A program made the translations under genes and the position numbers. A stretch of 62,618 nt of DNA, counting the filler, from Kipferlia bialata (Eukaryota): NCBI GenBank assembly GCA_003568945.1. It is 3 parts of 3 records of this genome, joined end to end, with 100 filler letters (N's around TTAATTAATTAA, not from the genome) between each part and the next. Parts side by side here need not be neighbours in the genome. Positions count along the whole stretch, not along the records: positions 25,011 to 54,870 come from BDIP01000128.1; 2 more parts are not named here. One strand, 5' to 3'. Below are positions 38,501 through 51,593 of this stretch, piece by piece. A model generated the notes under the pieces. It saw only the letters and a list, made by a program, of their open reading frames with translations. It was not told the DNA's origin and did not search any database. Numbering within the stretch: position 1 is the first letter of the stretch; each line of letters starts with the position of its first letter.

Positions 38501-41500
38501 GATGCAGACGCCAGCGGAAGGTGAGGGGTAGTTATATTTTGTGTGTGTACAGTGTAGTGTAGTCTCATCCTCAGGGTTCTGCTGGGCCAGGGACTGTACG
38601 TGAGTGACGTCCTTATCCAGGCCCCCACAGATGTATCTGCTGACTTCACTGTAGGGTCAGGCTCCACCGTGCTAGGGGTGGACATTGGTAGCAGCAAGGT
38701 GACTGTAGATGACACGTTGGTGGTCACAGACACCCTGGCATTCACAGCCACCGAGGACCACTCCATCTCTGCCACTGCCACCTCCCTGGACATCAATGTG
38801 AGTGGGGTCACGTCAGTGCTGACCCTGACCTCTGCTGGAGGCATAGTAGTGGACAGTGAGGACATCACAGTCGGAACAGACTCAGCTTCCACATCGGTCG
38901 AGGTCAAGGGCACCCTCACAGCCACCCTGCAGACACCCCCAGGCACGGCAGATGCAGCAGTCACCACCAACGTGGTCTCAGCCCACACTGGGAATGGCCT
39001 CTCTCTCGAGGCCTCTGGGGCTACTGTCACAGTAGGGGGGACAGGAACTAGTGGGGTCACCCTGGGCCATGCTACCTCAGTGGTGCAGGTGGATGCAGGT
39101 ACATTCACCCTCACAGCCGGTACCAGTGTGACTGTTGGGCCTGGGGTGCTGACGGGTAACACAGTCGGTCAGACTGCTGTCCTGGGGTCGGCAGGGTATG
39201 CCGTGACGGTACTAGGAGACTCCTTCTCAGCCCCCTCAGCTGTCATAGCAGACGCTGTCGTCACAGGCGCCCTCACCTCTCTCTCTCTGAGCGGTGCAGC
39301 TTCTGCAGACTATGCCATAGACGCTGCTGCCGGAAAGGGCCTACTCCTAGGAGGAGGCACCGCCACAGTCTCTATCGGAGACAACACCAACGCTGTCAGC
39401 ACAGTCAATGTGGAGGGGGCCAAGATCCACATCGGTTCAACTAGTGCCGTACTCTCGGAGTTGCTGATAGGTAATTGAACTCTTCTATCCTTCTTGTTGT
39501 ACTCTTTCCCACCCCAGGTACCGCTGCAGTGGAGACTGAGGTTCTAGGGGACCTGGTAGTGGATGGGACCCTCTCTGGGGCCTCTTCCCTTGTCATCGGG
39601 ACCCCTGTGACCACCTCTGATGGGGTCACCCTCACTCTGAGCCCAGCCGCAGAGGCAGACGTCGTGATTGACGGAGGTGCGATGGACACGGTGGCTGACG
39701 GGAGTGTCCTGATAGGCACCCACCACACAGACCATGTCACTGTGGGGGCACCTCTCTATGTGTCCACAGTGTCGTCCCTGGACTCCCAGTCTCTCTCTCT
39801 CTCTGCCTCCTCGGGACAGACTATCGAGCTGGCCAGTGACGCTGGGGTGTATATCGCAGACTCTGTTGGAAGTGGGTCGCCTCTGGTCCAGGTTATTCCT
39901 GGTACCACGTTCCCAGTCTTGGCGGTAGACACCCAGGTGACGGGTAGGGTCAAGGTTGTGACGTCTGGCACTACGGTTCTAGACACAGAGGGTGCCCTAG
40001 GGGTGGTGCTTAATGCCGCCAGTGACCAGGCCCTCCTCATAGGCCCAGGGGCAGAGTCCGTGGTGATAGGAGACACCACCCTCGGGTCTGCATATGTCAC
40101 TGTCGACACCACTGCCACCACTGTAGCCATTGATGGAGTGGCCGGTGTCTCTATCGGAGGCACCCACCTCACAGGATATGTGGACATCGGAAGTGATACC
40201 CCAAGTGCCGGGGTGCGCCTCTTCGGCGATGTGTCTCTCAGCGACAGCGACACCCTCTCTCTCTCTGTGCAACGCCCAGCCTCCTTCACCAAGACTGTGA
40301 CTGTCGTAGACATCACAGGGGACACGGTGGCCCTGGATGGCAGTACTGCTGTTACTGTGGGCACTACCTCTGGGGATGTAGAGATAGGCCATACTGGTGG
40401 GGNNNNNNNNNNNNNNNNNNNNNNNNNNNNNNNNNNNNNNNNNNNNNNNNNNNNNNNNNNNNNNNNNNNNNNNNNNNNNNNNNNNNNNNNNNNNNNNNNN
40501 NNNNNNNNNNNNNNNNNNNNNNNNNNNNNNNNNNNNNNNNNNNNNNNNNNNNNNNNNNNNNNNNNNNNNNNNNNNNNNNNNNNNNNNNNNNNNNNNNNNN
40601 NNNNNNNNNNNNNNNNNNNNNNNNNNNNNNNNNNNNNNNNNNNNNNNNNNNNNNNNNNNNNNNNNNNNNNNNNNNNNNNNNNNNNNNNNNNNNNNNNNNN
40701 NNNNNNNNNNNNNNNNNNNNNNNNNNNNNNNNNNNNNNNNNNNNNNNNNNNNNNNNNNNNNNNNNNNNNNNNNNNNNNNNNNNNNNNNNNNNNNNNNNNN
40801 NNNNNNNNNNNNNNNNNNNNNNNNNNNNNNNNNNNNNNNNNNNNNNNNNNNNNNNNNNNNNNNNNNNNNNNNNNNNNNNNNNNNNNNNNNNNNNNNNNNN
40901 NNNNNNNNNNNNNNNNNNNNNNNNNNNNNNNNNNNNNNNNNNNNNNNNNGGATCGGTCTGTCCACGGCCACAGTCAACGTGGGTACCCTGGGGACCACCG
41001 CTGTCTCCATCCAGGGTACCTCAGTGGACATAGCCGGGGACGGGGGGTCTCTGTCCCTGGCCTCTGCAGGGGTCACCACACAGGTGCAGGGGGACCTCGA
41101 GGTCAAGAGTAAGCTGTCTGTACCCGTGGGTAACACCTTGGCTCTTGAGTCAGGCACTGGAAACTCTATTGTGCTGAACTCGAGTCTGAGTGCGGCCTCT
41201 GGGACCGTAGACATGCAGTGCAACATGTCTGTGACTGGTGAGGCTAGTGTGGCAGGAGACGTCGAGTTTGGTACTGCTTCCAACTACATCTCCCTCGACA
41301 CCAGTGTGGCTGAGACCCTAGACATCACAACTGTGGCTGGGGTAGACATCACGTCTGATATCATATCCATATCTGCCACTACCACCTCTGTCAGTGGGAC
41401 CCTGGATATGACCCTGGCCCAGCCTACCATGACAGACTTGTCTCTGGTGGGTACCCTCACTGTGCCTGTGGTCGATGCTGCTGCATCAATGACTATCGAC

Positions 41501-44500
41501 GCAGGGGGGGTGTCTGAGTCCGTGTCTATTGGGTCCCTAGAAGGCAATGTGGCACTGGGCAGAGACGACGCAGGGGATGTCTCCATAACAGGCGCTACAG
41601 TGAACATACTCACAACCGGAGTAGGTATGTCCCCTACAGCTCATAGACTATATATATCCCAGACTGTTTGTATAGTCTCTCACCCCAGGCGCTGTGACTG
41701 TTGGAAGTACTGGTGTGGATGTCAACCTGAACGGCTCTCTGCTCCTAGCTTCTGCGCTAGGCTCTGCCACTGGCACCGACCTCACCCTCACTGCTGCAAC
41801 GGGACAGTCCGTGGTGCTCACGTCCCACCTCAAGTCAGATGGCACTGAGATAGCAGTAGACTCTGACATCCTACTCGATGGTGCCCTGACCTATGCGGAC
41901 TCTGCCTCTATGGTCACCAAGGCAGGTGGGGGCACACACGAGTTCCTCTCTGCCTCTGACAGTGTTCTGGTGCTGTCTGGCCCCGCCAGTGGTACTGCCT
42001 CTCTCTCCTGTACCGCAGGGGTGGTATCTGTTGGAACATCAGCTCTGTCTGTGTCAATTGGAGACACCGGTGTCACCACCACAGTCCTGGGAGAGCTCTC
42101 CCTGGAGACTGTCACTGGCACAGGGGATGTCGATATAGATGCCGGTGCAGCCTCCACCCTCACGTTGGGAGGTGCCACAGACACCATCCAGGTGGGACAG
42201 GCTGCGGTGAGTGCCGTGTCTATCGTCGGTGCCTCAGTAGACATAGGCACCACAGGGGGAAGTGGGGCAGTCACCCTGGGCAGTGCTGATGCATCAGTCA
42301 CCATAGGGGGGTCACTGCTGGTGGGTACAGTGACCTCTGAGCCTGGTGCCGATATCACTATTGGCCCAGACGGAGAGGCTGATGTCACGATCAACGCAGG
42401 ACAGACATCCACTAACATGGGCACAATCTACATTGGTGAGTATTCAAGGGGATGCAGTATGGGCGTCTATTGTAGTTCTCATGGCTCCATGTGTTTTTCT
42501 CTCCATTCTTATGCCCAGGAAAGGACTATACCGAGCAGGTTGAGATTCAGAGTGACCTCAAGATCACGGCCAGCGTTGTGTCCGAGGGTGATGACATTCT
42601 GTTTGTGCCCGACACCACCAAGAGTGTCAAGGTCTCTGCCCTCAGTGGGGGTGGTCTGATTGTGTCCAACTCGTCCACTGGCACTGCTGTATTCAGTGCT
42701 CTTACAGACGGTGTGACATGCACCGACTCTCTGACGGCTGGGTCACTTGTGACAGGGGAGATCAACCCAGACGGAGACCTACAGGTATGGTACACATGTT
42801 TGCTTGTCTCTGCTTTCCCCCCTCTTCTCATTTACAGGTCACCATGGCCTCTAATCAGGATGTTGGTATTGAGCTACGCGATGTGGCTTCCTTTGAGATC
42901 ACCAAGAACGGCGAGGCCAGTCCCTATCTGTCTGTATCCACTGCCAACTCTGGGCTGGTGTCATCGTCAGTCCCGGTGGAGTTCACTGACACGTTCACCC
43001 TGGGTGTCCCCGATACATCCTATGGCCTGGATGGATCTATCAACGACGTCACCCTCACCTCTGCCAACAGCAAGGTCCTCTACCTCCTGGCCCCAGACGG
43101 TACAGTCAACCTGGGTACCACCAGTGACAGTCTGTACCTGGGCAAGGCAACGTCACTCACCACCGTGCAGGGTCAGTCACATCTCAACCATCATCAGTCT
43201 CTTCTCAGATGTGTCATGGTGCTATATCCCTCTAACAGCCAGGAGACCTCGAGGTCAGTGGGTCCCTCTCTGCGGTAGGGTCTGAGCTAGAGATCGACTC
43301 CATCCTGGTGGCCGGGTCTAGCGGGGTGTTGCAGGTGGCCAGTGGGATCAGCTCCAAGAGTGGCGTTGACCTCGACCTTGCCTCAGCGGACGGGGATCTC
43401 TCTCTCTCGGTCACCACCTCCCAGAAGATATACGTCAACTGCGGCACCACCATAGCGGAGTTCGATGGCAGCAGCGGGGGCACACCCCTCACAGTCACCG
43501 GAGAGACAAAGATACAGGTGGGGGCTGGGTAGTGGACTCCAGTTGAAATACCTAGCTATTCAGTATGTCCGTGTATGATTTCTTCTCTGTTTATGTGACT
43601 TTCTGACCATAGGGAGATCTTGTCGTCCGTGATAGTTTCTCCGCGGATACTGCTGTAATTGGAGTGGTAGAGACCAACGAGAACAAGCTGACAAACTCGA
43701 GTGACTCTGCTGCTGGCATTGTGATACAGAACGTGAAGGTGACGCCCAACAGCATCACGACGACGGACACCGGCCTGTCCATCACATCCCAGAGCGGCAC
43801 AGTCTCTGTGGCACAGGTTGCCATGAACGGAGGGGTAGCCACGGTAAGTCACTTACTGATGGGGTCAGAGTGTGTAGTGTTACTGTGTTCTTAGTGGGTA
43901 CTGCATTATTGACTGTGGCAGTACATGCCCTCTCTCACACTGTGTATTGTTTTCTGTGTTCTGTGTACTGTCTGACCCCCTAGCTCAACACCCTCGAGGC
44001 TGGCACCGTCACCCTGGACGACACCTCCCTCAGGGACACGGACATGGCATTCCAGGTGGAGGCTGCGGAGTATGTCCTGTACACGTCAGACTCCATGGCA
44101 TACAGTCTGGCCAAGTCCTATGCTGCCAACACTGCCACCATCGGCCAGGACTTCTCCACCCTCAACCTCATCGACTCCAATGTACAGATCAACAAGAGTA
44201 CAACCTCGGCCACGCTCTACAAGGTGAGGGGTGTCTACATCTGGGGGTGGTCTCACTCCTGTGTCCCTTCCCTATTGTATACTTACACCAGGTTAAGTTC
44301 AGTGGAGATGGCCACCTCGAGTCCTCTTCTGGCGGATATCTCAACTTCGACTCCCCCATTGTGTGTGACACTCTATCCTTGGGCAAGGTCACCAACACCA
44401 TATCCAGCACCGCCAACCTCATCCTCAAGTCCGACAACAACTCCGGGGAGGTGACTGTGCCCTCTCTCCTTAGGGCATCCCACTCGTCTGGGCTGGTAGT

Positions 44501-47500
44501 GGGTGCAGACGGGTCTGACACCCTAACCCTCAAGGCACAGAGTATTGCATCGACTGGAGTACTGGCAGTGGAGGCAGCCACCTACGAGCTGCAGTCCTCT
44601 GCCTATGCAGGCACCCACGTTGCCCTGGAGTGGAATGACGCGGATGGCCAGTACCTGCTGGGTGACCCAGAGAACAGTGGGTCGGTGCTGGTGGACACCC
44701 TCACAGTGAGTGCCAGCCTCACTGTCGACAGCATAGATGGGGTAGGGTCAGGCATCGACCTTGAGGACCTCACCATCTTCGGCACTGACATCTCCAGCGG
44801 GGGTGCCATGTCTCTCACTGCCCCCAGTGGCCTCACCCTCTCCACCAGCACTGTCACGGCATCCACAGCAGATGTGAGCGTCAAGACTCTGTCTGCCACC
44901 ACCTCTGCCACAGTGAGTGACATCACACTCAGCTCGGGTACCATCAGTACGGGGGCGTCTCTGCTCCGCATCAACTCGCTTGGGATCACGGGTGACGTTG
45001 TGACATCCCCTGTGACCAACACTTTGACCATCGATGTGGACACTGTCACTGTGCCAGATCTCACCGTCTCTGCCACTCTGACTGTCCCTGAGGCAGAGGT
45101 CTCCACCACACTCACTGTGGGCTCTGAGGACAATGCGACACACATTGTCATGACCGACAACTCCATCACGAGTCCTGACCTCACCCTCTCTGCCACTGTC
45201 CTGGACATCAACGGGGTGGGCATCACCACGGGGTCTGCAGTCTCTGCCACCTCCCTAGATGCCACCTCCGTCACTCTGTCTGGCAGTCTGGCTATCTCCA
45301 GCACCCTCACCATAGACGGGTCATCCGTCAACCTGTCAGCCGGGGGATCAGTGGTGTCTCCCACATACAGTGTGCTGAGTGCAGACACCACCACATACCC
45401 AGTCATCACACACACCGCAGGCACAGGAGTACAGGTGTGATAGTGTGTGTACTTTAGCTATAGTGTATACTGTATTCTGTCTCACCCCCCAGGTTGGCCA
45501 TGCTTCCCAGGATCTGGTGCTTGTGGGGACATCTGTCTCTGCAGGCAACCTGGTGCTGTCCAACAACAGCATCTCCGCCTCTGCCTCGGGTCTATCTCTA
45601 GACCTTGAGGCCAGTGCGGGTGTCAATGTAGTAGGCACTCTCTCCGTCAGCTCCGGCACCGTCAGCATTGGATCTGGGAGTCTCAACCTCTCTGCCGCAG
45701 CCTCTGTGCTAACCCTATCCGCCGGTGGCACCTTCTCGGCTGACACCGCCACCATAGGCAGTGTCACCATCACTGGGTCGTCTGTCAAGCACTCCTCTGG
45801 TGTATCTACAGCCCTGACTCTGCAGGGTCTGACCGTGACCGATGCCTCCCTCAGCAGTGTCAGTGGCACAGACCCCGTCTCTGTCACAGCACCCTCCTTC
45901 ACAGTTGGGGGGGTCACCCTCACCAAGTCCACCTCTGCCGTGGATGCCGCCTTGGTCAGTGCATCCACCTCTGTCTCAGTGGGCACCTCGACCCTCACAC
46001 AGTCAGCCCTCTCCGTCGTTGGTGACTTTGCACTCACTGCCGGGGGGGCCACAGGGATAACGCTGGGAAGTGACGTGACAAACACTGGCTACTCGATCAC
46101 GTCTACTACGTTTGTCTCTGGGACCACCTCACTCTCTGCCACTGACCTGGTGGGTACCAGTGCCTTCTCCGTGACAGGTGGCCAGTTCCTTGTCACAGAC
46201 GATGTGGACACAGTGGTTGGTCTGTCATATAGCACTGGAGTGGTGGTGGGTGATGCCTCAAAGACCCTGGACCTCGCTGGCACTGACGTGACTGTGGGGT
46301 CTCTGTCCCTGCAGAGCGGGTCTCTGTCGATGGACGGGGCCACCCTCTCTCTCTCTGCCAACACCGCAGTGGTGATCACCGACCCCAAGGTCAATGTCCT
46401 CTCCTTCACAACCGGTGTTGTCACTCTCTCTGCCTCAGCCTCCGACACTCTGTCCCTGGACAATGCCGCTAACTTTGACGTTGGGTCCAGCGACATATAC
46501 AACGCCAACCTGCTCATCTCTGGGAACAGCCTTACCGGTCAGGGCTCATCGACATCTGTGCTGATACACGACGTGGAGATTACGGGTAATGAGGTGTCGT
46601 CCTCCGACAACACCCTCAATCTGAAGGGCACCGACATCTACCTGAACGATGCCCACATCAGTGGCACAGGCTCCACTACAATGGCCCTATCGACTGTGCA
46701 GGCCGCAGACACTGTGAGTGTGGGAGGGGTAGTCTCTGTGACATCTGCAGGGGTGTCCTCTACCAGTGCTCTCTCCATCTCCAGCACAGGGGACGTGTCA
46801 GTGAACGGGTCTGCCTTTGCCGCAGCTGGGTCCCTGACCCTAACCTCTCTCACTGTGACAGACGCCCTGACCGTGTCCACAGATGCAGTCAAGACCGCAG
46901 ACAGCTCTGTCCCCATCCAGGCTGGGTCCTTCACTCTCTGGGATGGGGTAGAGACCACCCCTCTGTCCCTTGCTAGTGTGTCTGGGGGTGACATCACGAT
47001 AGGAGACAGTGGGTCTGCCCTAGCCTTTGAGGCCAGTGCTCTATCTATTGGCACCATCAGCTTCAGTGGGAGTACAGCCACAAGCACAGCAGGTGAACTG
47101 CAGCTCAATGGGGTCGGGGGAGTGATATCCGTCGGACAGCTGTATACTCCTGCCGGTATTGATGTTAATGGTGCTACCATCAGCTCTGACGGAGATGACC
47201 TGGCCCTAGGCCACTCTGGCGGTCTCAAGACCATCTCCCTCACTGCTAGTACCGTCAGTGTCAACAACCTCAGCATAGCAGGTGGGTGGTGGTGTGGATG
47301 GATAGAGGATATGGCAGTGTCAAGGATATGTATGCTAAACCTTCTCGACTTATAGACTCACCCTTCAGGTAGCACCATCACTGATAGTGGGTCCTCGGGC
47401 GTTACAGTAGAGGGTCTCACCTTCGATGGAAGTGAGGTCTCGGGTGCTGGTATCGACTTCAAGTCGTCTGCCGAGTTCTCGTCTGGACTGACTATCGGGG

Positions 47501-48663
47501 CAGCCTCCTTTGCCACAGATGGTCTCAAGTCAGACACCTACACGATAGGTGTGGCAGAGGTTGGGGTCTATGGGGGCGCCACTGGTGTCTACCCGACTGC
47601 CCTCTCTCTCTCTGGCTCCGACCTGGAGGTGGGCGAGGGATGGGGCTCTGTGGTGATTGGTGACCTCACCATCACTGGGAATGTGGTCGGATGTGCCAGT
47701 CTATCCTTCACAGGCGATGTGTCCTTTGGGGCAGCCGTGACATTCACAACCAGTCCCATATTCCCGGCCACCGTCAGCCTCACTACCCTCGAGGTCACCA
47801 CACTCAAGACTGATACCCTGCAGTCATCCCTGGGCACTGCTGTGCTCTCATACACCTCCAGCAAGGTGTCCCTGACGAGTGCCAACACCCTCGAGCTGTC
47901 AGCCACCAATGCCATCACCCTCACCCAGGGGACCTCTGTCACTGGGTCCCTGTCTGTCAGTTCAGATATCAAGCTGGGCAGTAGCAAGCTGATTGCCTTC
48001 AGTGACGCATCCAGCACCTTGGAGATCGGGTCTGGCTTTGACACCATCAGTGCCCTGAAGCCATTGGACGTCACCTCCCTGACCCTGGGTGGGTATGAGG
48101 CCCTCTCCACCCCCAGCACCAGCACCCTGTACATAGGCAGTGCAGACTTCACAGATATAGAGGTGGCAGCCACCAGCATCGCCCTGGATGGAGACGCCAA
48201 CGTCACGGGGGCCCTGTCGGTTGGGGGCTCCGCCGCCCTCTCTCTCTCCTCCACCACCCTGGTTGTGGGCAAGGACGATGGGACTGGGGATGTCATTGTC
48301 AAGGACAGGTTGGAGATGGCCAAGGGCCTCGTCTCCTCCTCGGACACCTCCATAGCCATGCTAGGAGAGGTTGGGAGTTCCTCGGTCACGATATCCGCTG
48401 CTGTTGGTAGTCCCACCGTCATATCGACACAGAAGGCTGGGGGGTACAAGGTGTACTTTGTGCTATCATCTCCCGACACAGCGTTCCTCGACGTCTTTGT
48501 CGACACGGGTTCTACCTCTGCTTGGATAGAGCACTCCATACCCGGGTCCACGGTCACCCTCAAGATCAAGACCCAGTCATCTGACAACAGTGTGCAGGTC
48601 TACTCAGACACCAGTGGAGTCAGCGTTGCATACACGTACGTACGTGTGTACGAGAGTGTTTAG
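29542..48663 (+). CDS. Giant (roughly 5,000 aa, estimated) type II membrane protein with a very long Ser/Thr/Gly/Val/Asp-rich beta-repeat ectodomain
   Basis: The first exons splice in frame from ATG 29542 (MSSRQGVTL...) through a basic disordered region to one TM helix, WLTLWGWLALVTILLGVCCVYLLRF (about 30500-30695). About 18 kb of same-strand, same-composition exons follow, separated by short GT-AG introns and ending ...YTYVRVYESV* at 48663. Spans the N-gap at 40403-40949. Confidence 0.8.
40403..40949. other. Assembly gap inside the giant gene
   Basis: Run of N flanked on both sides by the same type of coding sequence. Confidence 0.95.
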
Positions 48664-49056
48664 AGTGTATATGATGCCTGAATGTGAGGCTGATGTGTAG
48701 TTGTGTGTTTTTTGTCGCCTGTTCTTGTTGGCGACAGGGGAACTGGGAACAATCCATTCGGTTACCCTTCTCTTCCCTTGGTGACACCACTTTTCTTGGA
48801 CGTTACCGTGTACTATTTCTATAAGAGTGTATTAAATTGTCCGTATAGTCGACGCTCTTGGTGATTCTAATGGGGCTTCACTGTACACTATAGGGGGTAA
48901 TGACTCATTAATAATGAGTGCCCCACAGTATCCACGACATGTGTAACAGTAGACTCATCAGGTGTTAAGACTCTACAGTATTGACGTCTCTGTTCAGACG
49001 GTATACTGCTAGGAGGTCTCTATCCTGAGCCTTCCTGTCTAACCCCAAACCCACTC

Positions 49057-51099
49057 ATGCACATGCTTGAGCACACCAATCGAGTGGCTGTTGCCAAGCC
49101 CAAGCACCCCAAACAGTCAGACAATGATGAGGAGACTGCCAACCTGTGGAGTGAGACCGGCACCACCCAGCCTGGCCCTCAGAGTAGGGCAACGGTGGCG
49201 GAGGAACTGGAGGTGTTCCCTGGGTGTAGGGCACCACTAACCACTGCACCCCTAGCACTCACAGTGCTCAAGGTTCTGCTTGGTACTGTACTGGTGCCTC
49301 TCCGCATAGTGCTTTTTGTGTGTGTGACCACTCTGTTCTGGCTGTCAGTCAAGGTCCTGGTTATAGGTACGTCAAAGACACTGCCTTATGAAGAGCATAG
49401 TATTAACCTGAACGTGACATATGTTCGCAACCACCTTCTGGCTCCTACCCTCTCCCCCGGATATCCTCTCCCCACGATTCAGACAGCTACACTCACTTAC
49501 AGGTCACAAGAAGGACGGTGCCCTTAGGGGTTGGAGATGGGCCTGTATTGATGCTGTTGCCCGTACCACCTCCCGTGCCCTGTTGCTGTGCTGTGGGTAC
49601 CACTGGATTCACAGGAGTGGAAGACCGGCAGATAGAGAGGTGGGACACTTCTTACACATATTCCATTAGTGACTGTGATCAGGTATATATAGAGGACACA
49701 TTGGTACACTATATCGCAACCTCAGAGTTGAAGCGTCTCAAAAATACTCTTGTAGTGACCATTCCCCAGTCAACCTCTCACCCAGACCCCGACCAGCCAC
49801 CTTCCAACACTGGTCTCCAACCACCAGTCCTGGACTGACCCCTTTGCCATAATGGCCATGGGCCATGGGTGCTATGGGTTCCTGGCCATGGCGGAGCTGA
49901 GGAAGGTAGGGACACAACCTGTGCTGTATAGATCTATGGGAAGATAGCCAGGGGGTCGACTTCGGCAGATGCATGATGTGTCTTTGGAGATACCCTAACA
50001 CCAGGCCCCTGTGCTAGGTGTGGCAGCCCGTGCCGTGGACGGTGTGTTTGTGGACAGGACCTCTGAGGCATCGAGAGCCGCTGCAGCAGAGGCCCTGAAG
50101 AGACGCATGCAGGACACATCTCAGTCCAGGTGGGTGGATGCAGATCACGGTGTGATTAAGGATAGAGCAACCGGTCTCCATCCAATGTGTTCTATAGTGA
50201 CTCTATGCAATGGGCTAACAGACAGGGTCGTTGTGTTCCCTGAGGCTGGTACAAGTGACGGCAGCTGTCTGCTACAATTCAGGTATCTGATATGATACTC
50301 TGTACACTCGTCGTATATGTGTCTTCAGCATTGGCTATTGGTCATGATCACCCATATCCACTAACCACAGGAAGGGAGCCTTCCGTCCTGGCCTTCCTCT
50401 GCAGCCATGTCTCATCAGATACCCCCACAGGTGGTACAACCAGGTGAAAAGTCATATCGTGTAGCAGTTGTAAAAGGACCCTATGTACCAGTGCATTTAT
50501 GAAGATCAATCTGATGTAATTGCCATTAGACCAATAATCATTACATCCACTGTCTCCCCGTCTATTCCCCACCCCAGTCCTGGGATAGCCAGTCCATATG
50601 GAGCCACGTGTTCAACATCCTGTCCAGTCCACACAATCGGGTCAGTGCTGGTGTCACCAGTGGTGATTGCCTGTGACAGGCTGCGTCGATTACCTCCAAT
50701 ATCACCCACATGTCTCACCCACCAGGTCTCCATCACGTTCATGCCCGTGTACCACCCATCACCAGCTGAACAGGCCGACCCTGCTCTTTATGCAGACAAC
50801 CTCAGGAAGAGGTGGGCATGACGCATATAGTGTACATTCATAGTATATACCCTGTCCTAACTGACCCTCAGTATGTGCGAGGAGTGGCGCAGGGTCTATG
50901 GGTGTGACATCAGGGAGTCATCACTGTCCATGACAGAGAAGCGAATATACCAGAAGTACAGGTGAGCCACGTACATGGTCTTAAGTTGTCAGTCTTGTTA
51001 CTAAGCTTACCTGTTCCCACCCACAGGGACGGTGTGTATGACTGGGGAGAGTGTCTGCGTAGACTGGAGACACAGCAGGTGGAGAGAGGGGGGAAGTGA
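49057..51099 (+). CDS. Lysophospholipid acyltransferase (LPCAT/LPEAT-like, PlsC domain), about 10 exons
   Basis: N-terminal TM segment VLLGTVLVPLRIVLF, followed by VSNHQSWTD (catalytic HxxxxD), VFVDR, VVVFPEAGTSDG, FRKGAFRPGLPLQP and PVYHPSPAEQADPALYADN. TGA at 51097-51099. Confidence 0.9.
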
Positions 51100-51593
51100 C
51101 TCTCCGGCCAAGGGATCACACCGCTCAATGACAGAGCTTGGCAAGCTGTAGCAACGTCATAAGCAATAGATGCAGTGTATGTATATATAGGTTGGTCTTG
51201 AGTGAAAGAGTTGGTGAGACTAGGTACTTGGGGAGGATGATTGTCCAGCAGACGATAAGATATCCCACACAGTGTACAGTTCAGCCGTTGGACTCAGTCT
51301 GCAAGGGGTGTGTGGGAGTGTAACCATGGCAGTGCACAAGAGACGCCAAATGTATCTACTCTCACACTAGTAGTCTAAACACTCAATATATTACCCCTAC
51401 CAAGGTGTCAAGAACCACACCCCAGGGGCAGCTAGTGCTGTCCGGTCCGGGAAGGTCAAGAAGAGTCCCACTCTCATGGAACTAATCTTGACCGACTCAG
51501 ACTGGACTGCACTAGCTGACCCACAGGATATGGTGCCTCACTCCCAATGGCACTAGGGACACCCACAACCATACTCAACACACCCAAACCTCA

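Noticed and set aside
30839..48587. Long minus-strand ORFs opposite the giant gene, and the 458-aa plus-strand ORF 57469-58845 opposite PRP39
   Set aside because: Antisense shadows caused by codon bias. Splice signals and family motifs support only the other strand.
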